From positions 1 through 42,989 of IMG/VR virus record IMGVR_UViG_3300005804_000116: a stretch of 42,989 nucleotides of DNA. The stretch is one strand, 5' to 3'. Position 1 is the first letter of the stretch. Every line of letters begins with the position of its first letter. The notes under the pieces were generated by a model that was not told the DNA's origin, did not search any database, and saw nothing but the letters and a program-made list of their open reading frames with translations. The DNA is from a virus (taxonomy: Duplodnaviria > Caudoviricetes). A program made the translations under genes and the position numbers. Shown here one piece after another: positions 27,801-37,407 of the stretch.

Positions 27801-28271
27801 AATCTTTTCCTTGCTGGATTGTCCGGAGCCATTGGTGCCGCTCAATTAGCGTTTGCTATTGCTCAGCCTCTCCCTAAATACTTCCGGGGAAGGAAAGACG
27901 GTCCCGCTGAATTTGCTTGGGTTGGTGAGCAAGGGACTGAGGCGATCCGCTTGAAAGACGGCCAGACCTTTTTTACCCCGGACCGGCCAACGGTTACGTT
28001 TCTTCCGGAACATGCTCAGGTTATCCCGAACCATGAGTTGTTAAAGGCGGCCGGTGATGCTTCATTCCCGGTTTTCCCCTTTATGGATAACTCCGGGACA
28101 AAGGAATTGGAAAGAAAGGTTGAAGGGTTGCACGAAGGGTTCAATATGCTGGCCGATGTGATTCGCAACAAGGTAGAGACACATTTGGTCTTTGATAAAA
28201 ACGGATTTACCCGTTACCTCCGCACACAGAACGGTGTTACCAAATGGATTGAAGACAATATTCGTAACTGA
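24885..28271 (+). CDS. Tape measure protein
   Basis: 1128 aa, Ala/Glu/Lys helical, RQVGNYE, AQWLLNKAMLANP, WVGEQGTE. Confidence 0.92.
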   Translation: MGSKGKITEIIDIAAVQKQIETVNQGLGTIIDKMETVAGVAHSLKFDFGKAKNLKDVAQAGSDLEAQMKILGPLTKEIAKLEEGRAKLLAKQASLESEAAKETAKLNLEIRKRNSELAIEAKLNAEKAGSLNRLSAELTEAKNAFKALSEEERKGATGQEMLQKIQILNKAVTEAEHEIGEFFRQVGNYEIAGKAVKVEMAGIAREMAKLKVEGLENSEAFQDLSNKLSQLVVAVDDSNMSLREQQRLMVEQLALMKKNGLEGSQAYEDLRQTLGQLVDTMQDVTAEAKVMASDTKSLDQVISVAEGLTGVYTAMEGASALLGVENEELMQTFVKLQAAMAVLNGLRSIQNVLQKESAAYILAENLQRKAQVLITNLQTSAEGKGIVVRKAATAAQWLLNKAMLANPAGLLLAAVVALVAAGYGLYKVFSSNADIQEKFAEKLSHTKRQIEQINTDLERQIKIMEASGVSEYQISKERLRVLQNEFETRQSLIVSFSMLNKRMTDEQKEQFEELKKAQKETLQKIDELNTSATIRDISLKRDAQKQQLESMKDGMAKELALLRFEYAHRIGQAQGSNEMIAALTEAQVKKESEIRRKYAEEYLKQNEEIVRKLTETSISLMNEGFEKELTSMRESYRQRIEEVKTQLRIETTLTVEQRKMLNKIIQNLTLEQIKKEDELIREAQVETLKRQQLNIQIGLDAEGEGSARYLELKLLMLETQRKIEIEEAIKTGASVLAINAKYEKLKADEVLKAATEAIRKAGDSRLLEYERQYADERAAIAQQYASGVIDAEAFQKQISDLEAKFSLSRYQSAIDIAQKELDKAKELGLDAFEQEKALKEAQIALDNAKTDQFVANRDREIDAQKAANEKLKELAQVLYSGITNLINAHYESELADLDKKAEADEAAKNKELENAGLTQAAKDRIAASYDAKEAEREKKRRQVKMEQARFQRAMSIFEILTNTASAVVEALPNLFLAGLSGAIGAAQLAFAIAQPLPKYFRGRKDGPAEFAWVGEQGTEAIRLKDGQTFFTPDRPTVTFLPEHAQVIPNHELLKAAGDASFPVFPFMDNSGTKELERKVEGLHEGFNMLADVIRNKVETHLVFDKNGFTRYLRTQNGVTKWIEDNIRN

Positions 28272-30232
28272 TGAAGGAATTTGAATTCATATTGATTGAC
28301 GGTACAACGGAAACCACGCTTATCCATGCCCCTGCAGGATGGGACGAAATACAGGTGAACTATGTAAGGCATCCGGTTTATTTTGGCCTGTTCAGGAATT
28401 TTGGTGTGTCCCTGAAGTTTGTTTTGGACGGTGCAAGGTTTCTGAGGGAACAGTATTATACCTATGGGGTAGAGAAGGTCATAGGGTTCCGGATTAACAG
28501 GATGAACAAGGTATCTTTGCAATACTCCCTATTTTATGAAGGAGAAGTTGATTTTTCAACGTTCAGGGATAGTGCTGAAATGGTTGAGGTCAATATTATT
28601 GCAGGAGGGTTGAATCGATTGTTGAAAGCTAACGAGAAAACGGTTTATTCGTTGATTATTGACGGGGTAACACAACATGACAAGGAAGTGGTTTATGATC
28701 ATGTTGCGCTTGTCAATTCAATTAAGCACCTTGGCCGGTTGACGGAGTATGAGCCAGACATGGATGTTACTTACAATATCCCTGTGGAGTTTGCGAAAAA
28801 AGAGGTTGTGAGGGAAATTGTTTCGACGGACAATCAGACAGTGAATACAGCCACGTGGTTTGTGATGCCGGATAAAAACATCAAATTCCTGTACAGGGTT
28901 CGACTTGGACTGTATGTGCAGCTTTCATTACCCGGGGAGACAGTAGGGTTCAGTATTGATATCGTTGGCGGAGATGGGGTGAACGTGTACAGTAATTCAG
29001 GTACCGGCTCATTAAATGACACAAGTTACATTGATGTTGAGCTGACGGACAATGTATCTGCATCACAGCAGGTAAAATTACAGGTACACATTTACAGCAG
29101 CCGGCCGGGGGTAACAGGAACCTTTGAGATAACGGCCGTTGATGTTGACACATTCTTTTTCATTCGGGATGTGTCTGTTATGCGGATGCCGGCTCTCTCT
29201 CCTATGCGATTGTTCGCGGAGTTGATTGAAAAGGTTGCACCGGGGTACCCAGTGAAAAGTGATTTATTAGAAGGATTGTCTTGGATGGCCCTGACCTCCG
29301 GGCTTGCGCTTCGTGATATTCACCCCGTCGTTTTGAAGACCTCGTTTGAGGAGTTCTTTAAGGCCATGGATGCGCTGTATAATATTGGGATGGGCATTGA
29401 AATCATTGACAACCTTCCAACCTTGGTAATTGAAGAGCTGTCATATTTCCTTGATGATGAGGAAAACATGGGAACAGAAAGGGTTTCTGATTTTAAGGTT
29501 TCGGGGTCAACGGATCTGCAGTATAATTCGGTGAAGGTTGGTTTTGATGACAAATCTACGGGTGATGGGATTGGGATGAATGGCCGGTATGAGTTTAACG
29601 CTGGACAACAATACTCATTGAATTTGACGAAAGTTGTCAAAACCTTGGACAAGACTTGCAAATTCAGGGCAGATATTTTCGGTATTGAAATGATTGTCAT
29701 GGAGGGCCGGTCGGAGAATAAGGCAATGGACAGCGACAATTCAGTGTTCATGTTTCATGTAAACCCTGATGGGACTTTGTACAGGGATTATACTGTTGTG
29801 GACGGGTTTTTTAACGAGGAGCAGGCAGATACGGTGTACAATTTGATTTTCTCACCAAAACGGTCATTAAAGAGGCATGCAGGTACGGTTTTGTCTTTTC
29901 TCGCTTTGCCGGTAGAAGCAGAATATGTGTCGGGAGACAGAAATGTTGATGTCGAAAGTCAGCTTGATTCAGAAGCCTCGACTGTGGTTGAAAGTGAAGA
30001 TGAAGTCTTTGTGGGTTCAGAGGGATTATTTTTGCCAATCATGGTAGAAGCTGAGGCGGTTATATTGGGCAATGTACACGAAAGTTTGATGACCTCCCCC
30101 CGAAAATCAATCAATGTCAACGGAGTAGAAGGATTTATCATGGAGGTTGTCAATTCAACTGCAAATGACGGGAAGTGTGAAATTAAGATGCTTTTGAAAA
30201 GAGACACGGACTTAACACCATTAATCAGATGA
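28271..30232 (+). CDS. Tail tip / baseplate hub-like protein
   Basis: 653 aa after the tape measure; HAPAGWDE...R...YFGLFR start. Confidence 0.7.
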   Translation: MKEFEFILIDGTTETTLIHAPAGWDEIQVNYVRHPVYFGLFRNFGVSLKFVLDGARFLREQYYTYGVEKVIGFRINRMNKVSLQYSLFYEGEVDFSTFRDSAEMVEVNIIAGGLNRLLKANEKTVYSLIIDGVTQHDKEVVYDHVALVNSIKHLGRLTEYEPDMDVTYNIPVEFAKKEVVREIVSTDNQTVNTATWFVMPDKNIKFLYRVRLGLYVQLSLPGETVGFSIDIVGGDGVNVYSNSGTGSLNDTSYIDVELTDNVSASQQVKLQVHIYSSRPGVTGTFEITAVDVDTFFFIRDVSVMRMPALSPMRLFAELIEKVAPGYPVKSDLLEGLSWMALTSGLALRDIHPVVLKTSFEEFFKAMDALYNIGMGIEIIDNLPTLVIEELSYFLDDEENMGTERVSDFKVSGSTDLQYNSVKVGFDDKSTGDGIGMNGRYEFNAGQQYSLNLTKVVKTLDKTCKFRADIFGIEMIVMEGRSENKAMDSDNSVFMFHVNPDGTLYRDYTVVDGFFNEEQADTVYNLIFSPKRSLKRHAGTVLSFLALPVEAEYVSGDRNVDVESQLDSEASTVVESEDEVFVGSEGLFLPIMVEAEAVILGNVHESLMTSPRKSINVNGVEGFIMEVVNSTANDGKCEIKMLLKRDTDLTPLIR

Positions 30233-31098
30233 TTGCACCTATCAATATACCGCTTTTGAATCCGGTCCGGCTGGTAAGTCCTTTCAGTCGGTACAATGGT
30301 TTATTTTCCCTGGGCATCCCTGAGCATGAGGAACAGGTGGCATATGCACAGAAATACTGCAATGCTGACACTATTGCGTTTCAGATTGCGGTACCGGCCG
30401 GAGCAATAGTTGATTTTACAGCGAACCTTGTAGGGGACAATGAAGCCGTTGAAATCCCCTGGGATTCGCTTACGTTGACGGGTTCAGGATATGACTATTT
30501 TGAATTTTCCAAGTCATTGTCCGGCATCGAGGAAGGATTGTATCAAATCGAGGTAGAGGTAGAGTGGCAGGACGGGAAACGGCTGTCTCTTGTATCAGAA
30601 CCTATCTGCATCCGGCCGGTTCACCCAGGGACGGTTCTGATTCAATTTTCCCATTCCGGTAATGAGTTTGGCACTTTGTTTCAACCTGAGGAGGGAGAGA
30701 AAAAGTACATGATTCGGGTCGAAGGAGGCTTTCCTTCAGATGGATTCCTGCCGGGGTCAAAAGATGTTGTGTACAGGGACCAGACGTATAACACGGTGCT
30801 TTTGAGTAGCGTACCTTTTGCAAACTGCAAGGCCACTTTTGGGGATGGCCGTGGAATTCCGAACTGGCTTGCGGATAAGCTGAACAGGATATTTTCCTGC
30901 AGTGATGTTAAACTAAATGGAGAGCAATACACCCGGGCCGATGGGTCAAAACTGGAAGCAGTTAGAGAAGAGGGCTTTCCGATGGCCGCCTGGGTCATTG
31001 AATTGGCCAAGGCAGAAAACAGGTATTTCGATTTACACGGGTTTGGGGATTACAACCTCGACCACAACCCGGACCACTTAATACAAATAGAGTTATGA
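30229..31098 (+). CDS. Tail structural protein
   Basis: Coupled, beta-rich, tail module. Confidence 0.65.
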   Translation: MIAPINIPLLNPVRLVSPFSRYNGLFSLGIPEHEEQVAYAQKYCNADTIAFQIAVPAGAIVDFTANLVGDNEAVEIPWDSLTLTGSGYDYFEFSKSLSGIEEGLYQIEVEVEWQDGKRLSLVSEPICIRPVHPGTVLIQFSHSGNEFGTLFQPEEGEKKYMIRVEGGFPSDGFLPGSKDVVYRDQTYNTVLLSSVPFANCKATFGDGRGIPNWLADKLNRIFSCSDVKLNGEQYTRADGSKLEAVREEGFPMAAWVIELAKAENRYFDLHGFGDYNLDHNPDHLIQIEL

Positions 31099-32135
31099 GC
31101 AAAGCAAGTTTGATTGAAATTATTGACCAGTTCATCACAGAGAACGGGAATCAGGAAATCACAGGACCGGTTCACAATGCCGTGCTGAAATCGATTGTTA
31201 CTGACATATATGCTGCTATTGTGGCCATGGGTGGCACCGGAACCGGAGGAGGGTACAATACCCCGGAACAGGTGCGGGATGCCTTAGAGTCGCTGACCGG
31301 GAATAACCGCACGTCGGCCACGGCTATCAGGAACATTTTGAAAACAATGGTGGCCGGAGCAGAAAGGGCTTTGAATCTGAGAGGATTCGGAAACGTTTGG
31401 GCTTCACAAGCATACCGGGACACCATGTCTCCTATTTCGGCAGGGGATCTGTGGATTCAGTCAGAGCAGGAGCCAACCCCGTTTAAATTTGCGGAAGATA
31501 CACAGGGATGGTTAGGGGATGGATTTCCCCCGGAGCCTCCGGTGAGCATAACAACGTTTCACAATCACGACTGGTATATTGCGCTTGTGGCACAGACGTA
31601 CACGGCCGGAGGATTGACACAGTTGATTTTGTCGGACAGGCAGAAATGGTACCGGATTCCCTTCGGGCAGGTGTTTTTCAAGCTTGGAATGATGAATAAC
31701 GAGGGCGAGGAAGTCATTGCTATTGACCCGGTAAATTCAAGGGGTGATTTTCAAAAGTCAGAGTATTTGCTGAGAATCGAGACGGCAGACGATACACCTA
31801 CGGTTATGGATTATCCGCAGTTGCCGAAGCTGTTGCATAATGCAATGCACAACCTGACGATTGATGTAACGTCATCGGTTCCGGGCGATGGGACGTTGCT
31901 GGAGGCTCATCATGTGGAGGCAATCATTGGGGTTGACGAAGAAGGTCTGGCAAGCATTGAGGCCGTGCACAGGTATATTGGTGCGGTTCATGTTACGTTG
32001 GTAAATCTTGACACAGAGGTTCTTGATGGCAGATGTGTTTTGAAAATTTTGGTTACCGGCAGGGATGATAATAAAGTGCGGTGGCAGGCCCACGTAACGC
32101 ACAGAGTTCAGAGTTTATATGTTTCACCTACTTAA
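31095..32135 (+). CDS. Tail fibre / adaptor-like protein
   Basis: N-terminal ITENGNQEITG motif; Gly-rich linker. Confidence 0.6.
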   Translation: MSKASLIEIIDQFITENGNQEITGPVHNAVLKSIVTDIYAAIVAMGGTGTGGGYNTPEQVRDALESLTGNNRTSATAIRNILKTMVAGAERALNLRGFGNVWASQAYRDTMSPISAGDLWIQSEQEPTPFKFAEDTQGWLGDGFPPEPPVSITTFHNHDWYIALVAQTYTAGGLTQLILSDRQKWYRIPFGQVFFKLGMMNNEGEEVIAIDPVNSRGDFQKSEYLLRIETADDTPTVMDYPQLPKLLHNAMHNLTIDVTSSVPGDGTLLEAHHVEAIIGVDEEGLASIEAVHRYIGAVHVTLVNLDTEVLDGRCVLKILVTGRDDNKVRWQAHVTHRVQSLYVSPT

Positions 32136-32146
32136 TTTATTTGATT

Positions 32147-32458
32147 ATGACACAAGAAGTTAATTACAACCTTACGGGAGGGTCAAAGTCTTTCCCTGCT
32201 TTCAAGGTTTATCAGGAATCGATTAAAGTGCAGGTCAATTTTGAAAATCTGGCCGGAAGCTGTAATCTTTCAATTCAGGAGTCAACGGAGGAAACCGGTG
32301 ACTATGCTACCATCGAGGATTCTGTCGTTGAGGCAGTATCCGGGACAACCTCAGTTCTTTTTACGGTTTTGAACCTCAAACGGAATACCTATGTACGTGT
32401 TGCGGTTTCAGACATTGTGGCCACGGGTAAAATTTTAAACATTGTTGTAAAATGGTAA
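32147..32458 (+). CDS. Hypothetical beta-sandwich structural protein
   Basis: 103 aa with AT-rich start context. Confidence 0.6.
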   Translation: MTQEVNYNLTGGSKSFPAFKVYQESIKVQVNFENLAGSCNLSIQESTEETGDYATIEDSVVEAVSGTTSVLFTVLNLKRNTYVRVAVSDIVATGKILNIVVKW

Positions 32459-33012
32459 TACACAAAATCGTAGGGGCTTTTTCGCTCCTTGGGTCAATTT
32501 ATGAAGCTGTGGTAAATTTATTCACAGCCTCGAGTACAATCCGCACCCTAACCTATACCCTGACCCGCCCGGCCGACACAACAGCTTATGCGGCCGGAGA
32601 CGTGATTGCGAATGCTACCAGTGAAGCAACCCTTCCGGAACTGACAGCTGCCAAAGCAGCCGGTGCAGGTATCAAGATTGACAACCTCAGGGTTCAGATC
32701 AATAACACGTTGTGGGCCGGTACACGCTTACGGATTCACATTTACCGCGACAGCGTAACAGCCCTCAATGACAATGCAGCCTTCACAATGTTGCAATCGA
32801 ATGCAGACAAAAGGGTTGGCTTTATCGATGTAACCCTAGCCACAGCAGAAGGGGGAGCAACGGATAGTGTTGCAGGCATCAATCTGTATGATAAGATTTC
32901 CCTGAGTACTGTTGCGAATAAGCTGTATTTCATTCCTCAGATTTTGGATGCCAAAACTCCGATAAGCGGCCAGGTTTTCAAAATCCAGTTTGGTGTAATT
33001 CAAACGGCTTAG
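32452..33012 (+). CDS. Hypothetical virion protein
   Basis: TRPADTTAYAAGDVI motif, beta-rich. Confidence 0.65.
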   Translation: MVIHKIVGAFSLLGSIYEAVVNLFTASSTIRTLTYTLTRPADTTAYAAGDVIANATSEATLPELTAAKAAGAGIKIDNLRVQINNTLWAGTRLRIHIYRDSVTALNDNAAFTMLQSNADKRVGFIDVTLATAEGGATDSVAGINLYDKISLSTVANKLYFIPQILDAKTPISGQVFKIQFGVIQTA

Positions 33013-33015
33013 CAT

Positions 33016-34815
33016 ATGGATGCGCTTCTTTTTGGAGATTCCGATCCTATAGCCAGGCACCGCAGCCGGGTTCTGTCTGATTCAGGGCAGATGCAGAATC
33101 TTCCATTTGCCCGGGCCGTGGCACAGTGGCTCCGACAATCCGGCGAACAGGATAAAACCCTACTACTTGCCTTGCCCGGTGCAGGTGTAAAAACCCGGGA
33201 CAGCGGACTGGACAGGTTCATCACTAAACTGTACAGCATGCAACTCTTGGCCAATGACCTGACGCAGACAACGGAGGTAAATCAACCGTATCTGACCGGG
33301 TTGATTGCTCCGGGGGATGTTATAAGCTTAATGAATCCAAATGCAGGGAGCAGACATTTTGAGTTCCCACAAATCTCATTTGACGCCAATACAGCTTGGT
33401 CAGTAACGTTTGTTATAAATCCCTCTGGGCATGAATCAAATGTATTCACGAATGGTTTAATCCTTGGCGATGCTTTTGTAGCAAGCACAAATTCTCAAAT
33501 AAGACTTAGAGGAAATGGACTTGGGAGAAATCTTGCTGTGAATGCTGCCGGAACCATTGTTGAGGCAACATCTATTCCGTTGGCACTTGGGAAGTACAAT
33601 GTTTGCCAAATTACATATACACCAACAGGAACAGGAATAGGAAGGTTGGTGTTGTATGTTAATAATCAAAGCTTTTCAGCAGAAGGAATAAACGGATACG
33701 CTGTTTTTAAGTATTTAGGGAAAAATGCACCGGCAAGTAGTACAACCGGGTTTTATGGCGCATTGCCGTATCTAAGAATTGGTGGAGTAATGTCAGCCTC
33801 ACAAGTTGCATCCGAAACTGCAATGTTACGTGCCTTAATTCCTGAGATTCCTTCTGTAACAATCGGGAATCAAACTTGGAGTATCCGAAACATAGATGTT
33901 GCGGTTACCCCGGCTGGAAATATCATTCAGGAGATGCAGGCCAATAGTGCTGTTGAGAAGTTAACAGGATGGAATTTTACAGTGGGTTGGACTCCATTAA
34001 CTGCTTCAGTTATTGATGCAGATTCTTTCAACATTGACGTAACTAATGGATACTTGGCTAAAACAGGAGTTACGACAGTTGGAAAATATTACAAAATTAC
34101 AATAGCCGGGACGTCCGCGGCAGGTATTACCAATTTTAGAATACTTGGGACTGCTGTTTATAAAGAGGGGCTTACTGGAAGTTTTAGCACGGAGTTTATT
34201 GTAAAGGCAGATGCAACAGCTTTATTTTTGAGGGCATTTGGAACTGGCCAAATTGATATTACTACACTATCGTTACAAGAACTCGGTTGGACAAATTCAA
34301 CAGAAATCTACGATGCTGTATATGCTGCTACGTCAGGTGATGCCGCAACGAAAAATTATGCTGCACTAAAAGAAGCCGCTATGTGGTGCAGTCATAGTAA
34401 TACAGAAGCTAATCAAGTTGTATTTGGCAAAATATACAACGGGTATGCTGCTGCTTTGCTTGATGCCGATATGGTGAGTAGTGGCTATGGATGGAGAGTC
34501 CCATCACAGACTGATTATAACACACTTATAACAACACTTGGAGGCACATCAATAGCTGCTGGTAAGATGAAAGTTGCAGGTACTACATATTGGATGACAC
34601 CAAATGAAGGAGCTACCAATGAATCCGGATTTTCATTAGTAGGCGGTGGTGCAAGGATAGACCATAACGGTTTGTTCACTACATTAAAAGAAAGGGGTTA
34701 TTTATGGACTACCACCTTTCAATACCTATTTGCTTTACTTAGTAATTCTGCAAATATTATAGGTAGCGGGGGAAATGTAAAACTTGGTTGCTCTATTCGT
34801 CTAATCAAAACCTGA
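33016..34815 (+). CDS. Receptor-binding protein: LamG/ConA-like domain plus split FISUMP (Fib_succ_major) domain
   Basis: VTIGNQTWSIRNIDV...GKIYNGYA...GWRVPSQTDY...GATNESGFS...GCSIRLIK. Confidence 0.8.
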   Translation: MDALLFGDSDPIARHRSRVLSDSGQMQNLPFARAVAQWLRQSGEQDKTLLLALPGAGVKTRDSGLDRFITKLYSMQLLANDLTQTTEVNQPYLTGLIAPGDVISLMNPNAGSRHFEFPQISFDANTAWSVTFVINPSGHESNVFTNGLILGDAFVASTNSQIRLRGNGLGRNLAVNAAGTIVEATSIPLALGKYNVCQITYTPTGTGIGRLVLYVNNQSFSAEGINGYAVFKYLGKNAPASSTTGFYGALPYLRIGGVMSASQVASETAMLRALIPEIPSVTIGNQTWSIRNIDVAVTPAGNIIQEMQANSAVEKLTGWNFTVGWTPLTASVIDADSFNIDVTNGYLAKTGVTTVGKYYKITIAGTSAAGITNFRILGTAVYKEGLTGSFSTEFIVKADATALFLRAFGTGQIDITTLSLQELGWTNSTEIYDAVYAATSGDAATKNYAALKEAAMWCSHSNTEANQVVFGKIYNGYAAALLDADMVSSGYGWRVPSQTDYNTLITTLGGTSIAAGKMKVAGTTYWMTPNEGATNESGFSLVGGGARIDHNGLFTTLKERGYLWTTTFQYLFALLSNSANIIGSGGNVKLGCSIRLIKT

Positions 34816-34819
34816 AGTC

Positions 34820-35113
34820 ATGGATATTTTTGAAATCAATCCTGAACCGAATTCTGTTATTGAACATGCAAACCCTAAGCGTTTCGCTGTTTACCCTAAC
34901 CTTGAGACCTACCTTGCCGACCTTTCAACCATAAACAAGACCCTGGGCTACCCGGCCAAAGATGGAACCCAAACCTACGAGAATCCTGCCCCGGAACCCG
35001 ATGAGCATGGCCGGTACGTCATGACAGTTTATGACCATGTGGTTGAATACGTTTCGGTGGAAATTGTTGAGTCGGTGCCGGTATTGGACGAACCTGAATC
35101 CCTGGAATCATGA
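34820..35113 (+). CDS. Hypothetical acidic protein (possible fibre chaperone)
   Basis: Follows the receptor-binding protein; coupled to the next gene. Confidence 0.6.
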   Translation: MDIFEINPEPNSVIEHANPKRFAVYPNLETYLADLSTINKTLGYPAKDGTQTYENPAPEPDEHGRYVMTVYDHVVEYVSVEIVESVPVLDEPESLES

Positions 35114-35691
35114 AAAAGGCAAACATCATTCTTTTTGTCCTATTGGTAGCATGGGCTGTGGTATTCATGTTTTGGTGGAAACCGAAACCGGAGGTCATTT
35201 TCAGCACACGTATTGACACCATTCCCGGGGATTCAATCCCGTATGCTGTGGAGGTTCAAAAGCCGGTCCCGGTCTTCATTGATACCGGGAGCACTCGTTG
35301 GAGAGACCGTCCTATTGACACAGCCGCAATTCTGGCTGACTATTTCGCACGGGTATTCTACCGAGATACGTTGAAGGATGATTCTTCCGCCCTGGTAATT
35401 GTCGAGGACACGGTTACCGAAAACAGACTACAAGGGCGGAGGTTGATATTCGCAAACCGCAGGCCGGTTGCAATTATTCACACCACATCGGCAATCTACC
35501 CGGAGGATAAATGGAGGGCTTACTTTGGCGGATCTGTCATGACCTCTGCAGTGCTCAATGAGGTTTCCCTGGGTACGCAAATTGGAAAGGGTAGCTGGTT
35601 AGTGGGCTATGAATACGGACTGTTAAACCGGTCGCATAAGATTGCCGTGTATTACAATTTTTTGAGCCGGCCCAATTTGCACCCTCCTTAG
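35110..35691 (+). CDS. Spanin-like membrane protein
   Basis: N-terminal TM segment, extended linker, C-terminal amphipathic beta strands; last late gene. Confidence 0.55.
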   Translation: MKKANIILFVLLVAWAVVFMFWWKPKPEVIFSTRIDTIPGDSIPYAVEVQKPVPVFIDTGSTRWRDRPIDTAAILADYFARVFYRDTLKDDSSALVIVEDTVTENRLQGRRLIFANRRPVAIIHTTSAIYPEDKWRAYFGGSVMTSAVLNEVSLGTQIGKGSWLVGYEYGLLNRSHKIAVYYNFLSRPNLHPP

Positions 35692-35734
35692 ATTAAAAAT
35701 TGAGTTTAGCATTTTTCGTGGTTGAAAATGGATG

Positions 35735-35766
35735 CCCCGGTTGACAGATGTTGGCCGGGGTTTTTA
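35735..35766 (+). terminator. Late-operon intrinsic terminator
   Basis: CCCCGGTTGACA-ga-TGTTGGCCGGGG followed by TTTTT. Confidence 0.8.
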
Positions 35767-35842
35767 TGTCAAATCCGCTTATTTGGAAAGTTGACAAATT
35801 ACGAAAAAACACGAAAAAAATTGCTGTAACTCCCTGAAAAAC

Positions 35843-35875
35843 TTGACTTTGTGGGTAATATGTTGTATCTTTACA
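35843..35875 (+). promoter_or_regulatory. Promoter of the DUF932 operon
   Basis: TTG-N20-TATCTTTA; 16-mer identical to 1440-1455. Confidence 0.65.
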
Positions 35876-35903
35876 TATGCAAACCACCTAAACACGACAC
35901 AAA

Positions 35904-36182
35904 ATGAAAGCAATTGAATTGAATGACAGAATCCAAAAAATCCGGGAAGCCCTGGAACTCGTAGAAGCAGCCCAAGAGTTAGTTGACCAAGCAGTCCGTG
36001 GGACAAACGTTGAAAGGCATTATTTAGCCTATGGCCGTTATGGGTTTAACACATTGACCGGTACGGGAAATCCGTACGATAGCAGCCTGAAGGACTTGAT
36101 AAAGGACCTGAAAGTAATGATGGGCGATGCCTTAGATGCAGAGGGCCTGTCAGATGACAAATTTGAAACCGAGGAGGACTAA
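35904..36182 (+). CDS. Small acidic hypothetical protein
   Basis: First gene after the promoter; acidic tail. Confidence 0.75.
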   Translation: MKAIELNDRIQKIREALELVEAAQELVDQAVRGTNVERHYLAYGRYGFNTLTGTGNPYDSSLKDLIKDLKVMMGDALDAEGLSDDKFETEED

Positions 36183-36184
36183 CC

Positions 36185-36385
36185 ATGAAAGCAAATGAAA
36201 TTATAATTGGAATGATAGCGGATAACCCAGGGGAAATCCTAATGAGGTCAAGTAATTACTTGGCACTTATAATCAATGGGGAATTCCGGGAATTTCAAAT
36301 TGATTACAGATGCAAACGTTGGTATGAATTCAAAACCACGGGAAAGGCTAATTCTCCTGTGGAGACTTTTGTGGTATGGATTTGA
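36185..36385 (+). CDS. Small hypothetical protein
   Basis: In-operon ORF. Confidence 0.65.
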   Translation: MKANEIIIGMIADNPGEILMRSSNYLALIINGEFREFQIDYRCKRWYEFKTTGKANSPVETFVVWI

Positions 36386-36412
36386 ACCCTTAACCCCTTA
36401 AATTTTAATACT

Positions 36413-37387
36413 ATGTCACACAATCTGAATTTTGAGAACGGGAAAGCTTCCCTGTATTTGTTGAAAGAACCCGCTTGGCACGGGTTTGGTCAAATCTCCA
36501 AAGAGGCCAAAAGGTCTGAGGAGGTTATCCAGATGGCTCAGTTGGACTATGAAGTTGTAAAGTGTCCGAATTTCGTTAACCTGAATGGTTCCTGGGTCGG
36601 TACCGGTTCGGTTTCGACAGTCCGAACTGACACCGGAGCGGTTCTCGGTAATCGGTTGACTGATTGGTACACGGTAATGCAGAATCGTGAGGCATTTGCG
36701 TTTCTGGATGATTTGGTAATTGCTAAGGAGGATATCACCTATGAGAGCGCAGGAGCACTCGGGAAAGGTGAGGTTACCTTCGTAACGGCAAAGCTCCCGA
36801 ATTACATTAAGCTTGGCAAAGAGGACATCATTGAGAATTACATTGTGGTTGTGAACTCGCATGACGGTTCATATCCCCTGAGCGTATTTTTCACACCGGT
36901 GAGGATTGTTTGTAACAATACCCTGAATGCAGCCCTCAGGACACGGAAGAACTCAATCACAATCCGGCACACCTCCAATTTACAGAACAGGTTAAATGAG
37001 GGTCGTATGTTGCTTGACCTGTCGATAAAGTTTGCAAGCGAAGTTGAAGAGAGCCTTTTCCGGTTGTCGAAAACGAAGATGGATGACCGGTTGGCTATTG
37101 AAGCAGTCAACAAAATCATGATGACCCCGGAGGAGCTGCAGAAGCTGGCCGCAGGAGAATTGCCTACACGCAAAAAGAACATGATGGATGAAGTGTACGA
37201 GGCTTTGTATAGCGCCCCGGGGCAGGAGCAATGGAAAGGAACAGCCTTGCACGTGTACAACGGTATAACGAGTTACTTTCAGAATGTAAAGGATTATGCA
37301 AGTCAGGACCGCAAAATGAAAGGAGTAGTTCTGGGAGGCCCTGAGCATGAGATCACCCGTAAAGCAATGTCTGTATTGATGGCATAA
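36413..37387 (+). CDS. DUF932-family phage/plasmid protein
   Basis: EPAWHGFG, MQNREAFAFLD, ESAGALGKG, NSHDGS, TPVRIVCNNTL. Confidence 0.9.
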   Translation: MSHNLNFENGKASLYLLKEPAWHGFGQISKEAKRSEEVIQMAQLDYEVVKCPNFVNLNGSWVGTGSVSTVRTDTGAVLGNRLTDWYTVMQNREAFAFLDDLVIAKEDITYESAGALGKGEVTFVTAKLPNYIKLGKEDIIENYIVVVNSHDGSYPLSVFFTPVRIVCNNTLNAALRTRKNSITIRHTSNLQNRLNEGRMLLDLSIKFASEVEESLFRLSKTKMDDRLAIEAVNKIMMTPEELQKLAAGELPTRKKNMMDEVYEALYSAPGQEQWKGTALHVYNGITSYFQNVKDYASQDRKMKGVVLGGPEHEITRKAMSVLMA

Positions 37388-37407
37388 GTCGGAGCTCTCG
37401 AAATTCC

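Noticed and set aside
3066-37348. Many long opposite-strand ORFs in the track (e.g. 17865-18686, 21716-22261, 26969-27544)
   Set aside because: They are shadows of well-supported genes and show no motifs or start context
34600-37400. Diversity-generating retroelement targeting the FISUMP protein
   Set aside because: No reverse transcriptase, Avd-like gene or template-repeat copy of the 3' end was seen in the window
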